Source of the DNA: a virus | Lineage: Duplodnaviria; Caudoviricetes | Virus record (IMG/VR): IMGVR_UViG_3300033074_001631 | Location: 831-64,830 of that record | Direction: 5' to 3' (one strand) | DNA length: 64,000 nucleotides | In this document: piece after piece, positions 1-8,847 of the stretch | How the letters are laid out: each line of letters begins with the position of its first letter | How positions within the stretch are numbered: the first letter of the stretch is position 1 | Position numbers and translations under genes: made by a program | The notes under the pieces: generated by a model | What the model was told of the DNA's origin: nothing | The model's input: only the letters and a program-made list of their open reading frames with translations | Databases searched by the model: none

Positions 1-455
1 TTTTTAGAATAAGTTTTTTCAAATATTCCATAATTTATAGGAGAATTAGCATCTAATTTATTTGAAATGTTTCTTAATTTTTCTATACTATTTCTTCTCA
101 ATGTAATAATAGGACTCATTATAGCACCCTTATTATCTCTATAATATCCATCTTTTTGATATGATTTCCATTTTTCTGGGGAACTATATATTATAGGTAC
201 AGAAACATTTTCATTATTTTGAACAACATAAGGCTTAATTGTATTTTCAAAATAATACAATATAGCTGAATCTAGATCATATATACCTATATTAAAAGGT
301 TTAGTTTTATCCCCTTTAAAAGAAACATTATTCCCTCTATTAGTTTTGGATTGATATGTATTGTTTGGGTTACCTACCTGAGGATCATAAGAGGAATGTT
401 GACTAACAGATATTTCTCTTTGAGTTTTAGGTATAGGTTTTCTATATTCTGTCAT
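1..455 (-). CDS. Tail terminator / sheath stabiliser, T4 gp15-like (partial, runs off the window start; not in ORF track)
   Basis: Hand translation from ATG at 455: MTEYRKPIPKTQRE...VPIIYSSPEKWKSYQKDGYYRD..., open to the window edge. VPIIYxSPEKW resembles gp15. ATGA overlap with the upstream neck gene. Confidence 0.6.
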   Translation of the reverse strand, partial: MTEYRKPIPKTQREISVSQHSSYDPQVGNPNNTYQSKTNRGNNVSFKGDKTKPFNIGIYDLDSAILYYFENTIKPYVVQNNENVSVPIIYSSPEKWKSYQKDGYYRDNKGAIMSPIITLRRNSIEKLRNISNKLDANSPINYGIFEKTYSK

Positions 456-964
456 AATCTAGAAATAGCTATATTTAATTTATCTTTGGGTACATATACT
501 GTTTTACATATTATAGAAACATTCCACCCAAATTTACCTAAACCTGGATTTAAGGGGTTTATTTCATTAGGATAATCTGGATCTTTACCTATAAATAATT
601 GATTATTTATTACATTATTTACTTCAAAATAACCTTCTTCATACATTATCACATCTCCAACTTCAGGAAATACTTGAGCTTCTTTTAAATCATCCATTAA
701 AAAAGCAACATTTATTCCCCAATTAAATTCTACTCCTCTTTCACTAACAGGATTTTCTTGTTCATATCTTTCTATTAGACAATTAAAAAGTACAGGAGGA
801 TTAAAAAATTTACCTCCTGAAGATTCTCCATATATGTTGGTTTTTGTTTTTTCCAAAACATATTTATAATAAGCTACTTGTTGGTTAATAATATCTCCCA
901 TCAATTCTCGATTAATATATCTAAATACAGAAATATCTCTTATACTACCAAAAAGTGCACACAT
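452..964 (-). CDS. Neck / head-closure protein (gp14-like)
   Basis: 170 aa with a PEVGDVIMYEEGYFEV beta-rich motif; lies between gp13-like and gp15-like genes. Confidence 0.55.
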   Translation of the reverse strand: MCALFGSIRDISVFRYINRELMGDIINQQVAYYKYVLEKTKTNIYGESSGGKFFNPPVLFNCLIERYEQENPVSERGVEFNWGINVAFLMDDLKEAQVFPEVGDVIMYEEGYFEVNNVINNQLFIGKDPDYPNEINPLNPGLGKFGWNVSIICKTVYVPKDKLNIAISRL

Positions 965-966
965 TT

Positions 967-2121
967 TTATCCTATATATATAGTTAAAGGTATTTTATTT
1001 AATTCTTCTGTTCTAAAATTACTTTCGTCTTTTCTTCTTTCTAATAAAGCCTTTTGAGAAGTTGAATCAAAGTATTCTCTTAAATTTTCTATTAATTTAG
1101 TTTTTTCATCTTTTGCATCCCCCCCTAAAGTTGTAGAATTCAATATTACAGAATCATTAGGGATAGGTATTTTATCATATTTTCCTCTTATATATCCCAA
1201 CATTTCTTTACATACTGCCAAAGTATACTCAAATATCCAAGATCTTCCTATAGAATTTATTTGAGAATATATAGGATTTGTATAAGGAACATTAGAAACA
1301 TTAGTTATACCATTTCCTGAAGGGTAAGTTATAGAATTTAATAATCTATCTTCAGTTTTTATATATCTAAACCATAATTTTTTAAAATTTTGAGGAATAG
1401 GAAATATTTTTAATTGATTGTTTATTAATTCAAAAGTATAATTAGATAATCTGACATCTGAGCTTATTTCTAGTTGCTGTAATACCTGTAAGTCATAACT
1501 AACAGGGGCCATTACAAAATTTAAAGAAGGACTAAATGAGCCAAAACCAAAAGAATTTATAGCATTAGCTACCCCAAAACTAGAACCTAAACCAGCATAA
1601 GGATCATAAAATTTAGTTAAAGCAGGGGAATCTTGGTAATAAATTAATTTTATTTCTATTGAACTAGATATATTTTGAGAAAGAGCCCACTTATTTAAAT
1701 CATAATTTTGAATACCAGGAGTTAAATCCAAAGAACCAGAATACCAAGTTACATTACCTCCAGAACCTGCTTCTGAACCATATTGCTCTGATATTCTTAT
1801 TATATTAGCTAAATTTGGGGTTATCAAAGCATCATTCAATGAAATAATATTATTTGTAGGTAATCCTTCTAAAGTTAAAATGTTATCCCTTACTTTATAC
1901 GCATATAGTTCATTCCCATAAACAGTAACAGCAGTTTCAAAAGCTGTATAAAAGTTTAGATCCTGTAATTCAACTTCCATTATAGGATATCCTAACCTAT
2001 TAGCACAAAACTCTGCTACTTTATCTGCATCTAACTGGAATTGAATGTCATTATCATAAAACCCAAAAGGAGTTGATCCCATAGAAAAAGAACTTGAACC
2101 AGGCCATATAGGTTTATTCAT
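967..2121 (-). CDS. Neck protein (gp13-like)
   Basis: 384 aa. LGYPIMEVEL near the N-terminus and WIFEYTLAVCKEMLGYIRGKY near the C-terminus match the gp13 pattern; synteny agrees. Confidence 0.65.
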   Translation of the reverse strand: MNKPIWPGSSSFSMGSTPFGFYDNDIQFQLDADKVAEFCANRLGYPIMEVELQDLNFYTAFETAVTVYGNELYAYKVRDNILTLEGLPTNNIISLNDALITPNLANIIRISEQYGSEAGSGGNVTWYSGSLDLTPGIQNYDLNKWALSQNISSSIEIKLIYYQDSPALTKFYDPYAGLGSSFGVANAINSFGFGSFSPSLNFVMAPVSYDLQVLQQLEISSDVRLSNYTFELINNQLKIFPIPQNFKKLWFRYIKTEDRLLNSITYPSGNGITNVSNVPYTNPIYSQINSIGRSWIFEYTLAVCKEMLGYIRGKYDKIPIPNDSVILNSTTLGGDAKDEKTKLIENLREYFDSTSQKALLERRKDESNFRTEELNKIPLTIYIG

Positions 2122-2152
2122 ATTTTGTTATAAATATTAAAAAAGGATAAAA

Positions 2153-2173
2153 AAACCTGCATAAAGCAGGTTT
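2153..2173 (-). terminator. Rho-independent terminator
   Basis: AAACCTGC-ATAAA-GCAGGTTT hairpin followed by a T-run on the minus strand, downstream of 2197..2724. Confidence 0.55.
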
Positions 2174-2196
2174 AACAAGCCTATAACATAAATGTT

Positions 2197-2724
2197 CTAA
2201 AAAATAATAGATTTTATAATATTTATTCTTTCTTCTGTATTTCCTTTTAGTTCATGTAAGTTTTTAATCAAAAATTTATATTTTGTTAAATACTCTTTTA
2301 TAATATTATCTATTTTAGTTCTATATTCTTTATCTAAAACTCTAACACCATTATCTTCTAAATCAATTCCTTCAGGAGAAATATAAAATATATAATCATA
2401 TTGGTTTATAAAATTTAAAGCATAGTTTTCAAAACTTATCTTATCGGTTTCGAATATAGATTTAGAAGTTTTAGTAAAAGCCATAACATCAATTGTGGTT
2501 CTATCAGTAATAATGTTTTCTTTTATTAATTCAGAACAACGTTCAGCTAAAAATATAGTTTGACCACATAAAGTACTATCTGTATTTAAAGGGATTCCTA
2601 AATCTCTTAAATATTTACTACGTTCAGTTGCAAAATGATAATTTGTAAATTCAGGTAATTTAGATAATTCTTTTACTAATGTACTTTTACCTACACTTTG
2701 AGTTCCACAGAAACCTATACGCAT
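2197..2724 (-). CDS. P-loop nucleotide kinase / AAA_28-type ATPase
   Basis: Walker A GTQSVGKST, ITDRT motif and LEDNGVR lid. Confidence 0.7.
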   Translation of the reverse strand: MRIGFCGTQSVGKSTLVKELSKLPEFTNYHFATERSKYLRDLGIPLNTDSTLCGQTIFLAERCSELIKENIITDRTTIDVMAFTKTSKSIFETDKISFENYALNFINQYDYIFYISPEGIDLEDNGVRVLDKEYRTKIDNIIKEYLTKYKFLIKNLHELKGNTEERINIIKSIIF

Positions 2725-2727
2725 ATT

Positions 2728-2916
2728 TTATTTTTTAAACAAAATGAAAAACAATAATATTAATAAAGAAAGGGGAATTATAAATATAGTTAATATTACT
2801 TTACAAAATACATTCCAAAACTTATTAGTTATATATTCATTAATGTATAAAAAAAGTTTTATATATCCAAAACATACCCCGAGTAAAGCTAATATTAATA
2901 GTATAAAAACCCACAT
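2728..2916 (-). CDS. Small membrane protein
   Basis: 62 aa with two hydrophobic segments; tightly packed between neighbours. Confidence 0.5.
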   Translation of the reverse strand: MWVFILLILALLGVCFGYIKLFLYINEYITNKFWNVFCKVILTIFIIPLSLLILLFFILFKK

Positions 2917-2924
2917 GTATATCT

Positions 2925-3164
2925 TTAAAATCTAGCTTTGGCAGAACCTGATTTATAATAAGGAAGACCTTCTCTTGATTTTAGTCTATCCTTAAATTCC
3001 TTTTCGGAATACTTTATTCCATATAAGTACCATTCTTTATTACCTTCGGGATAAATAATGGCTGGTCCCTCCCAATTATGGATTTTACCATCCCAAATAA
3101 AAACTTTGGTACCATCAGATTTAGTTACTTTTTTAGATTGGGGAAAAGGGGTTTTAATATCCAT
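2925..3164 (-). CDS. Hypothetical phage protein
   Basis: 79 aa; HNWEGPAIIYPEGNKEWYLYG repeat-like motif; upstream CGTATATTTA promoter-like element near 3185. Confidence 0.65.
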   Translation of the reverse strand: MDIKTPFPQSKKVTKSDGTKVFIWDGKIHNWEGPAIIYPEGNKEWYLYGIKYSEKEFKDRLKSREGLPYYKSGSAKARF

Positions 3165-3241
3165 GTTTTTTAAATTTATAAGATAAATATACGAAAGATT
3201 TTTTTAATAACCTCGCTTATAAATTAAAATTTTATGAAATT

Positions 3242-3526
3242 TTACACAAGACTAGCAGAAACCCAAGATCCACTCAAATAAGCATATATATAATTTGCCG
3301 AAGCCGATGAAAATAATTTTATAGTTCCATTAGGAGGAGTGTCTGAAGGAATTGAATCCAATACAGGTAATATAAAATATGAACCACTTATACTAGAAGC
3401 TTGAATACTAGAAGATACTATCAAAGATCCTGTTATAGAATGAGACCCAGTAAAATACTCAAAATTAGCATCTAATTCTTCAATGGTTAATGCTGATCCT
3501 TTAGTTTGTCTATATGTAATTGCCAT
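3242..3526 (-). CDS. Probable virion structural protein (fibre-like N-terminus)
   Basis: MAITYRQTKGSALTIEELDANF start; Ser/Gly-rich; late-type motif just upstream. Confidence 0.5.
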   Translation of the reverse strand: MAITYRQTKGSALTIEELDANFEYFTGSHSITGSLIVSSSIQASSISGSYFILPVLDSIPSDTPPNGTIKLFSSASANYIYAYLSGSWVSASLV

Positions 3527-3550
3527 TTTTTTATTATAAATATTAATTTT

Positions 3551-4036
3551 TTACAAAGAAGCAACTATATATTCTAGACTTACATTTGAACCTGAGGCTT
3601 TTGCTTTTATTGTATCATAAAAATTAAAACTAGAATAATATTCTTGATCTACATAATTTTCAACAACATAGTCGTTTGTTGAAGAAACATTAAAATCAGC
3701 ATTTCCTAACATTAATGATTTTCCTGGGGATAAATTAAATATTGAACTTTCATTTTCAGTCGAAATTAAATATAAATCACATGAACCCGAATCAGATAGA
3801 TTAGTTATTCTAATATATTTTACTTGATCTTTTACAAACGAACCAGCCGTTTGTTGGGCTTCACTATCTACAAATTTAATGATTTCTATACCAGAACCAC
3901 TGAAATTTGTAGTTATTGTATCTATTCTTTTTATTATCTGATTTATTCCAGGGATTGTTATAGTATTTACAGAAGTTTCAATATTCCTATTAGGTAATGT
4001 TATTTGTTCTGAGATTGTTATTTTTAGGTCAGACAT
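3551..4036 (-). CDS. Hypothetical, probably structural protein
   Basis: 161 aa, beta-rich ORF in an operon-like arrangement. Confidence 0.55.
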   Translation of the reverse strand: MSDLKITISEQITLPNRNIETSVNTITIPGINQIIKRIDTITTNFSGSGIEIIKFVDSEAQQTAGSFVKDQVKYIRITNLSDSGSCDLYLISTENESSIFNLSPGKSLMLGNADFNVSSTNDYVVENYVDQEYYSSFNFYDTIKAKASGSNVSLEYIVASL

Positions 4037-4725
4037 TATAAATTATTTTTTAAATATGTTATTATTTTATCAACTACAGGATGTCTATGATTATTTATTA
4101 ATTTTATATAAGATATATCATCAATATTTTTTGATAGTTCTATTAGTAAATTCATCCCAGAATCTATTTTATTTTTTAAATCACATTGTAGTTTATCTCC
4201 ACAAAATATTAATTTACTGTTATTTCCTAATCTTCCTAAAATCAATTCTGTTTGAAGTTTGGTACAATTCTGGGCTTCATCTATTATTATTATATTATTA
4301 GAAAAAGTAAAACCTCTCAAAAACCCCAAAGGCATTACTTTTATTGATCCTTCTTGAATAAGTTTAGTAGATTTTTCTTTATTACCTACTAAACTATCCA
4401 TTATTTCATATATAGGAGAAGTTAAATATTCTAATTTAGAATCAACCCCTCCAGGAAGATATCCAATATCTTCCCCAGCAGTAATGAAAGGACGTGCTAT
4501 TATTATTTTATCTATTTCTTTATTAAATAATAAATCTAAAGCAATTTGGGTAGCTAAAGTTGTTTTACCCGTACCAGCAGAACCATCAATAACAGATATA
4601 GGATTATATAATATTTTACTTTTTGCTATTTTTTGTTCTTCATTTAAAGGTACTTTAAAATTTATTGGGTTTTTAGGTCTTTTTTTATCTTTGAAAACAT
4701 CATCTTCGTGGTGATTACTGCTCAT
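4036..4725 (-). CDS. phoH: PhoH-family ATPase
   Basis: GSAGTGKT, GYLPG, RGFTF, IIIDEAQN, LGRLG and GDKLQCD motifs. Confidence 0.92.
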   Translation of the reverse strand: MSSNHHEDDVFKDKKRPKNPINFKVPLNEEQKIAKSKILYNPISVIDGSAGTGKTTLATQIALDLLFNKEIDKIIIARPFITAGEDIGYLPGGVDSKLEYLTSPIYEIMDSLVGNKEKSTKLIQEGSIKVMPLGFLRGFTFSNNIIIIDEAQNCTKLQTELILGRLGNNSKLIFCGDKLQCDLKNKIDSGMNLLIELSKNIDDISYIKLINNHRHPVVDKIITYLKNNL

Positions 4726-4748
4726 ATCCTAATATTTTATTATAAATA

Positions 4749-5471
4749 TCATTTGTGGATAATTTTTACTAAGGGATCTATACCAGCTTCAACATGCATA
4801 TGATCAGGTAAACATAATTCAAAACCAAAACGTGAATCTAAAGGTAATACTAAATCAGTTTGAGAACCCCATCTAATTAAAGAAAATCTACTATTTTGGT
4901 TAAATCCTTCATTTTGGTCTATTGTAAAAGGAACTATAACATCTACATCTTCATCTGCTATTTGTATCATATAATATGAATATCTTAAAGAAGGAGAATA
5001 AACTTTATTCCACATTCTTTCATTATTTTTTACATAAGGAATCACATGTTTAGGGTTTACTATTCCTTTTAATAAATTCTTTTCAACAGCTAACATAGGT
5101 AAATTATTTGATTCAATAGAATCAAGTTGTTTATACTGTAATATTCCTGGAAAAGGAATCCTATTTATATGAACATCATAAAAAGACATAAATATTCCTA
5201 TAACTAAAGAAGGACTATTATATGTTTTATCCATCATCAAATCCTGAAGAGAATAATTCATTCCCTTTACTTCTACCATAGATTTAGTTGGATCTTTAAC
5301 CAATTTTTGATACAAAATTATACCATCAGCTGGGGAGTAAAAATATTCATTGTTTATATATGTAGGTCTCATAGGATCTCTGAAGAAGAAAGTATTACCT
5401 AATTCTACTAAAGATAATTTTTCTAATTCAGCTACATCAGTATCTAGCCATTCGTCAATAGTTTTAGCCAT
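4749..5471 (-). CDS. psd: Phosphatidylserine decarboxylase-like pyruvoyl enzyme
   Basis: FFRDPMR, SPADG, DVHINRIP and the WGSQT self-cleavage site; no N-terminal membrane anchor. Confidence 0.85.
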   Translation of the reverse strand: MAKTIDEWLDTDVAELEKLSLVELGNTFFFRDPMRPTYINNEYFYSPADGIILYQKLVKDPTKSMVEVKGMNYSLQDLMMDKTYNSPSLVIGIFMSFYDVHINRIPFPGILQYKQLDSIESNNLPMLAVEKNLLKGIVNPKHVIPYVKNNERMWNKVYSPSLRYSYYMIQIADEDVDVIVPFTIDQNEGFNQNSRFSLIRWGSQTDLVLPLDSRFGFELCLPDHMHVEAGIDPLVKIIHK

Positions 5472-5473
5472 CT

Positions 5474-6388
5474 TTATACTAAATCTTTATAATAATCAAT
5501 ATAATTTAAATTCATAACACAACATGAAAGTAAAGCCCCACTTTTAGTAAACTCAGATAAATTAAAAAACACAGGCTCCATTCCCTCTTTAGCACAAATA
5601 GCTTCTAATGAATTTATTTTATGTTTTTCATAATTATAATCTTCATCAGTTTTATTTAATTCAGATATATTAGAAGAACATAATATTAAATTACCCAAAC
5701 GTACTGAATTGGTTATACCCCCGAATGCATCGTCCTCATCAACGTCTATAATTTCGGTATAACGTTCTATATCGCGGATCTCCTCTTCATCGAACATCGC
5801 CGTACAAACCAAAGTTTTATTTTTACTAAGAGGGAAAATGGAACAATCTAAATGATATAAATATTCATCTACCATTTCTACTTCAATAATATTCATATTA
5901 AAATTTTCTTGCATCCATTCATAAGTTTGATAATCTGTTCTTATGCCAGACCCTCCTATATAATTATTATCTCCTATAAATTTTAAATCAGCTTCTCCTT
6001 CCCATTTATAAGGACACATATGGGTATTATACCCCATAAGTTTAAAAAAGGCTTCTCCTACTTTTTCTTCACCTATTCTAGGTTCTGAAGTATAATTTGA
6101 TAATATTATGTTATTTGAGTCTTTTATGTGGGGTAAATATATACCTAAATTAGCAACATATACTTGATCTTGAAAATTTCCAAATGAAGGTAATAGATAA
6201 ACCAAACTATCTCCAGACATGAAATTGTATAAATCCATCCATTGTCTGTAGGCCTTTGTTTTATTTATTTTTGAAGATTCAGGAGATAGTTCTTTTATCC
6301 AAATATTATTTGGGTTTTTATTATCTAATGTAAAAGGAAAATTCATTAAATAACTAGGAATACTTAATTGAGAAGGTGTTTCTTTCAT
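5474..6388 (-). CDS. Amidinotransferase / pentein-family enzyme (arginine dihydrolase- or DDAH-like)
   Basis: DQVYVANLG, RIGEE, WEGEAD, YHLDC and terminal SEFTKSGALLSC (catalytic Cys) follow pentein catalytic spacing. Confidence 0.85.
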   Translation of the reverse strand: MKETPSQLSIPSYLMNFPFTLDNKNPNNIWIKELSPESSKINKTKAYRQWMDLYNFMSGDSLVYLLPSFGNFQDQVYVANLGIYLPHIKDSNNIILSNYTSEPRIGEEKVGEAFFKLMGYNTHMCPYKWEGEADLKFIGDNNYIGGSGIRTDYQTYEWMQENFNMNIIEVEMVDEYLYHLDCSIFPLSKNKTLVCTAMFDEEEIRDIERYTEIIDVDEDDAFGGITNSVRLGNLILCSSNISELNKTDEDYNYEKHKINSLEAICAKEGMEPVFFNLSEFTKSGALLSCCVMNLNYIDYYKDLV

Positions 6389-6407
6389 ATGAATTATTAT
6401 TTATACA

Positions 6408-6440
6408 TAAATATACAAAAATTAGTTAAAAAATCAAACT
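6408..6440 (-). promoter_or_regulatory. Bacteroidota-type promoter for the amidinotransferase-psd genes
   Basis: Minus strand GTTTGATTTTTTAACTAATTTTTGTATATTTA (TTTG, then TATATTTA). The TTTG overlaps the integrase stop codon. Confidence 0.5.
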
Positions 6441-7228
6441 AAAAAAGGAATATTTTTAAAATTATTTGCTAATTTAGTATAAATTTGAGTAGATTTTATA
6501 TTATTATGACCTAATAATTTTTGAATTTTGTTTAAATCTACTTTTTGTTCATACAAATGGGTAGCGTAACAATGTCTTAACAAATGAGGATGAAAATCTT
6601 TTCCAAAATATTTCTTAATTATTTTTTGGATAGATCCTCCTGAATATTGAGGTTTGCTTTGACCTTCAAAAAGATAAATCTTAGGAGAACATGTGATATA
6701 ATATTCTCTCAACAGCTTTAAAAGAGGTTCACTTATAGGAACAAATCTATCTTTTGATCCTTTCCCTTGAACTATTTTTATAAGATTTTGTCCCTTTAAA
6801 ATATGTTCAATCTTTAAATTTATTACTTCACTTAATCTTAACCCACAACCATACATTAAATTACATATAGCTTTATGTTTTATATTAGGTATAGAACTTA
6901 AAATATCTTTAATTGTATTATGAGAAACCAATGTAGGAAGGTATTCTCTTTTTTTAGCCCTAACAAACTTATATTTAAATTCTTTTCTCCCTAAAACTTT
7001 TATATATAAAAATCTTAAAGCCGCTATAACTTGATTTTGTTTAGAACGAGAAGAATTTTCAAAGTTATTAAGATATAATTGTATATCTCCCATATTTATT
7101 TTATACGGATTTCTATCTCCTAAAAATTTAATTATTTCTTTTAGATAAATATCGGATGTTTTTAATGAATTGTAGGATTTTGTTAAAATTATTTCCACGT
7201 TTTTAACAAAATTATTATTTAGTCCCAT
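6434..7228 (-). CDS. Tyrosine recombinase, integron-integrase-like N-domain, lacks the IntI I2 insertion
   Basis: Catalytic set intact: GLRLSE, GKGSKDR, HLLRH, LGH, TQIYT. N-terminal SRSKQNQVIAALRFLYIKVL resembles the IntI N-terminal domain. Confidence 0.92.
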   Translation of the reverse strand: MGLNNNFVKNVEIILTKSYNSLKTSDIYLKEIIKFLGDRNPYKINMGDIQLYLNNFENSSRSKQNQVIAALRFLYIKVLGRKEFKYKFVRAKKREYLPTLVSHNTIKDILSSIPNIKHKAICNLMYGCGLRLSEVINLKIEHILKGQNLIKIVQGKGSKDRFVPISEPLLKLLREYYITCSPKIYLFEGQSKPQYSGGSIQKIIKKYFGKDFHPHLLRHCYATHLYEQKVDLNKIQKLLGHNNIKSTQIYTKLANNFKNIPFLV

Positions 7229-7264
7229 ATAACCGTTGATTTTATTGCAGAAGATTTTGGTGAC

Positions 7265-7283
7265 ATCTAACCCCCCGTTATAT
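7265..7283 (+). other. attI-like simple recombination site
   Basis: ATCTAAC-CCCCC-GTTATAT (7-5-7), 37 nt upstream of the integrase start; no long hairpin arms; first GTTA of the array at 7277. Confidence 0.6.
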
Positions 7284-7336
7284 GCAATGCTACATTTCTA
7301 CTTTGTATTAAATTTCGTGGTTATAATCTTTTTGTT

Positions 7337-7963
7337 TTATTTTTTTCCTACGCTCTTTAAAAATGTTGATAATTTAACATCACTTTCGATTAAATTTAGG
7401 TTTTTATCATAAATATCCCAAACCCATTCTTTTGTATTATTCGCATCAATTTTTACATTTACAACACAAGCCACATCAATATTTTTAGTAACATTAAATA
7501 CCACTTGAAATTGTTTATCTCCAGTATTATATACTTTACAAGCATCACTTGACTTAAAAACAATTCCCCAACCACCATATAAAAAATCTTTTTGGTATCT
7601 ACTATCAATTTTCTTGTTAGTTAAATCAAAAGCAAACCCAAAATTACCATCAACAATTTGTTCTTTACTTTTTCTTGTTTTTGTGAATGATGAATAATAT
7701 GCACCAACGCCACGAAATCCATTTTGTAAAATAGAAGTTATATTTTCTTTGGTAGTTGAATGGAATAATAATGTATTTGTTGGTAATTTTATTGCTGAAT
7801 TTGGTTTGTATGAAAAACCTCTTTGTGGTGTATTTTCTAAATTATTAACAACATTGATAAAATCATCAATTGTATTTATTGTTGTAATATCTTTTTTTGA
7901 AACACTCTCCTTTAACATTTTTTCTCTAAATGTATCAATATATTTCCTCATTTCTTGACTCAT
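7337..7963 (-). CDS. Cassette 1 ORF: putative ADP-ribosyltransferase-fold protein (start re-called to MSQEM)
   Basis: LFHSTTKENITSILQNGF H-x-T motif; N-terminal MSQEMRKYIDTFREKMLKE; AATATTTATA late-type motif just upstream of ATG 7963. Confidence 0.6.
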   Translation of the reverse strand: MSQEMRKYIDTFREKMLKESVSKKDITTINTIDDFINVVNNLENTPQRGFSYKPNSAIKLPTNTLLFHSTTKENITSILQNGFRGVGAYYSSFTKTRKSKEQIVDGNFGFAFDLTNKKIDSRYQKDFLYGGWGIVFKSSDACKVYNTGDKQFQVVFNVTKNIDVACVVNVKIDANNTKEWVWDIYDKNLNLIESDVKLSTFLKSVGKK

Positions 7964-8070
7964 AATTTTCTTTATATATAAATATTCAAATTTTAAATTT
8001 TCAACCCACAAAAAATAAAACAAAAAGGTTCATCTCTCGTATTAACTTTTCTACAACATATCCGCACTGC

Positions 8071-8163
8071 ATATAACAAGGTGTATAAGAAAGTTTGCTA
8101 TAAAGTTCAGTGGTAATTGAAAGTTCGTCTAAGCAAACCTTCTCATACACCAAATCGTTATGT
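8071..8163 (+). repeat. attC-like site 1 (93 bp)
   Basis: ATATAAC-AA-GGTGTATAAGAAAGTTTGCT ... AGCAAACCTTCTCATACACC-AAATC-GTTATGT; arms match 18/20. Confidence 0.85.
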
Positions 8164-8174
8164 ACAATACTACC

Positions 8175-8429
8175 TTAGTACCCATAATGACGTTTTTTGT
8201 AATCTTCAAACGCATCCCATATAGTATCTCCTATCCCATAACATTGTGGTGATACATTTTCTTCCATCCATTTATTCAATCTATAATGTGGTTCTTCCCC
8301 AAGTTGTATTTCGTGAATATTAGTATTATCACTTTCAGAATTGAAGATTACTATTTTACCACCGTATCTCATTGTTACTATTGTCAATGGATAAATATCT
8401 TCAATCTTTTCAATTTTGTCTTTTTTCAT
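8175..8429 (-). CDS. Cassette 2 ORF, hypothetical
   Basis: 84 aa, between GTTATGTACA (8157) and TGTACATAAC (8461). Confidence 0.7.
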   Translation of the reverse strand: MKKDKIEKIEDIYPLTIVTMRYGGKIVIFNSESDNTNIHEIQLGEEPHYRLNKWMEENVSPQCYGIGDTIWDAFEDYKKRHYGY

Positions 8430-8463
8430 CTTTTTAAATTTATTTGTTAATAATCCGTACTGT

Positions 8464-8557
8464 ACATAACAAGGTGTATAAAATATAACCTATTATAGTT
8501 CAGTTGTTATTTAAAAGTTTGTGGTTAGGTTACATTTCATACACCCAACCGTTATAA
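8464..8557 (+). repeat. attC-like site 2 (94 bp)
   Basis: ACATAAC-AA-GGTGTATAAAATATAACCT ... AGGTTACATTTCATACACC-CAACC-GTTATAA; arms match 17/19. Confidence 0.85.
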
Positions 8558-8571
8558 GTAATAAAAATATG

Positions 8572-8781
8572 TTACATATCATAGTCTTTCAAACTTTCCA
8601 AAAGATTTTCAATACCTTCTTTGATAAGTCCGTTATATAACCCAACTTTATTCAAGTTATATTTATTTTGTAGTAAATCTTTTTTCAGTTTTTCCAACCA
8701 CATATTTTTACTACTTATAACATCAGATATATTCAATTCTGATGTCTTTTCTTCAAATGTTTTCATGTTTTTAAGTTTCAT
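8572..8781 (-). CDS. Cassette 3 ORF, hypothetical; starts inside attC3
   Basis: 69 aa, MKLKNMKTFEEKTSELNISDVISS; the ISDVISS segment is encoded by the attC3 left arm. Confidence 0.65.
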   Translation of the reverse strand: MKLKNMKTFEEKTSELNISDVISSKNMWLEKLKKDLLQNKYNLNKVGLYNGLIKEGIENLLESLKDYDM

Positions 8782-8846
8782 ATTGTTAAATTAATTTTAT
8801 ACTATATATTAAAAATCAGAACTAAATATATCTGTAACCGTTATCG
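8715..8846 (+). repeat. attC-like site 3 (132 bp)
   Basis: CTTATAAC-AT-CAGATATAT ... ATATATCTG-TAACC-GTTATCG. Confidence 0.75.
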
Positions 8847-8847
8847 G

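Noticed and set aside
6434-7228. Prophage integrase marking a prophage boundary
   Set aside because: Phage genes continue on both sides, and I see no host genes or attL/attR. Lysogeny cannot be excluded from this window alone.
6420-7233. Integrase gene itself being a cassette
   Set aside because: CCCATATAAC at its start would require GTTATATGGG beyond its stop; only GTTAAAAAAT (about 6425) is present.
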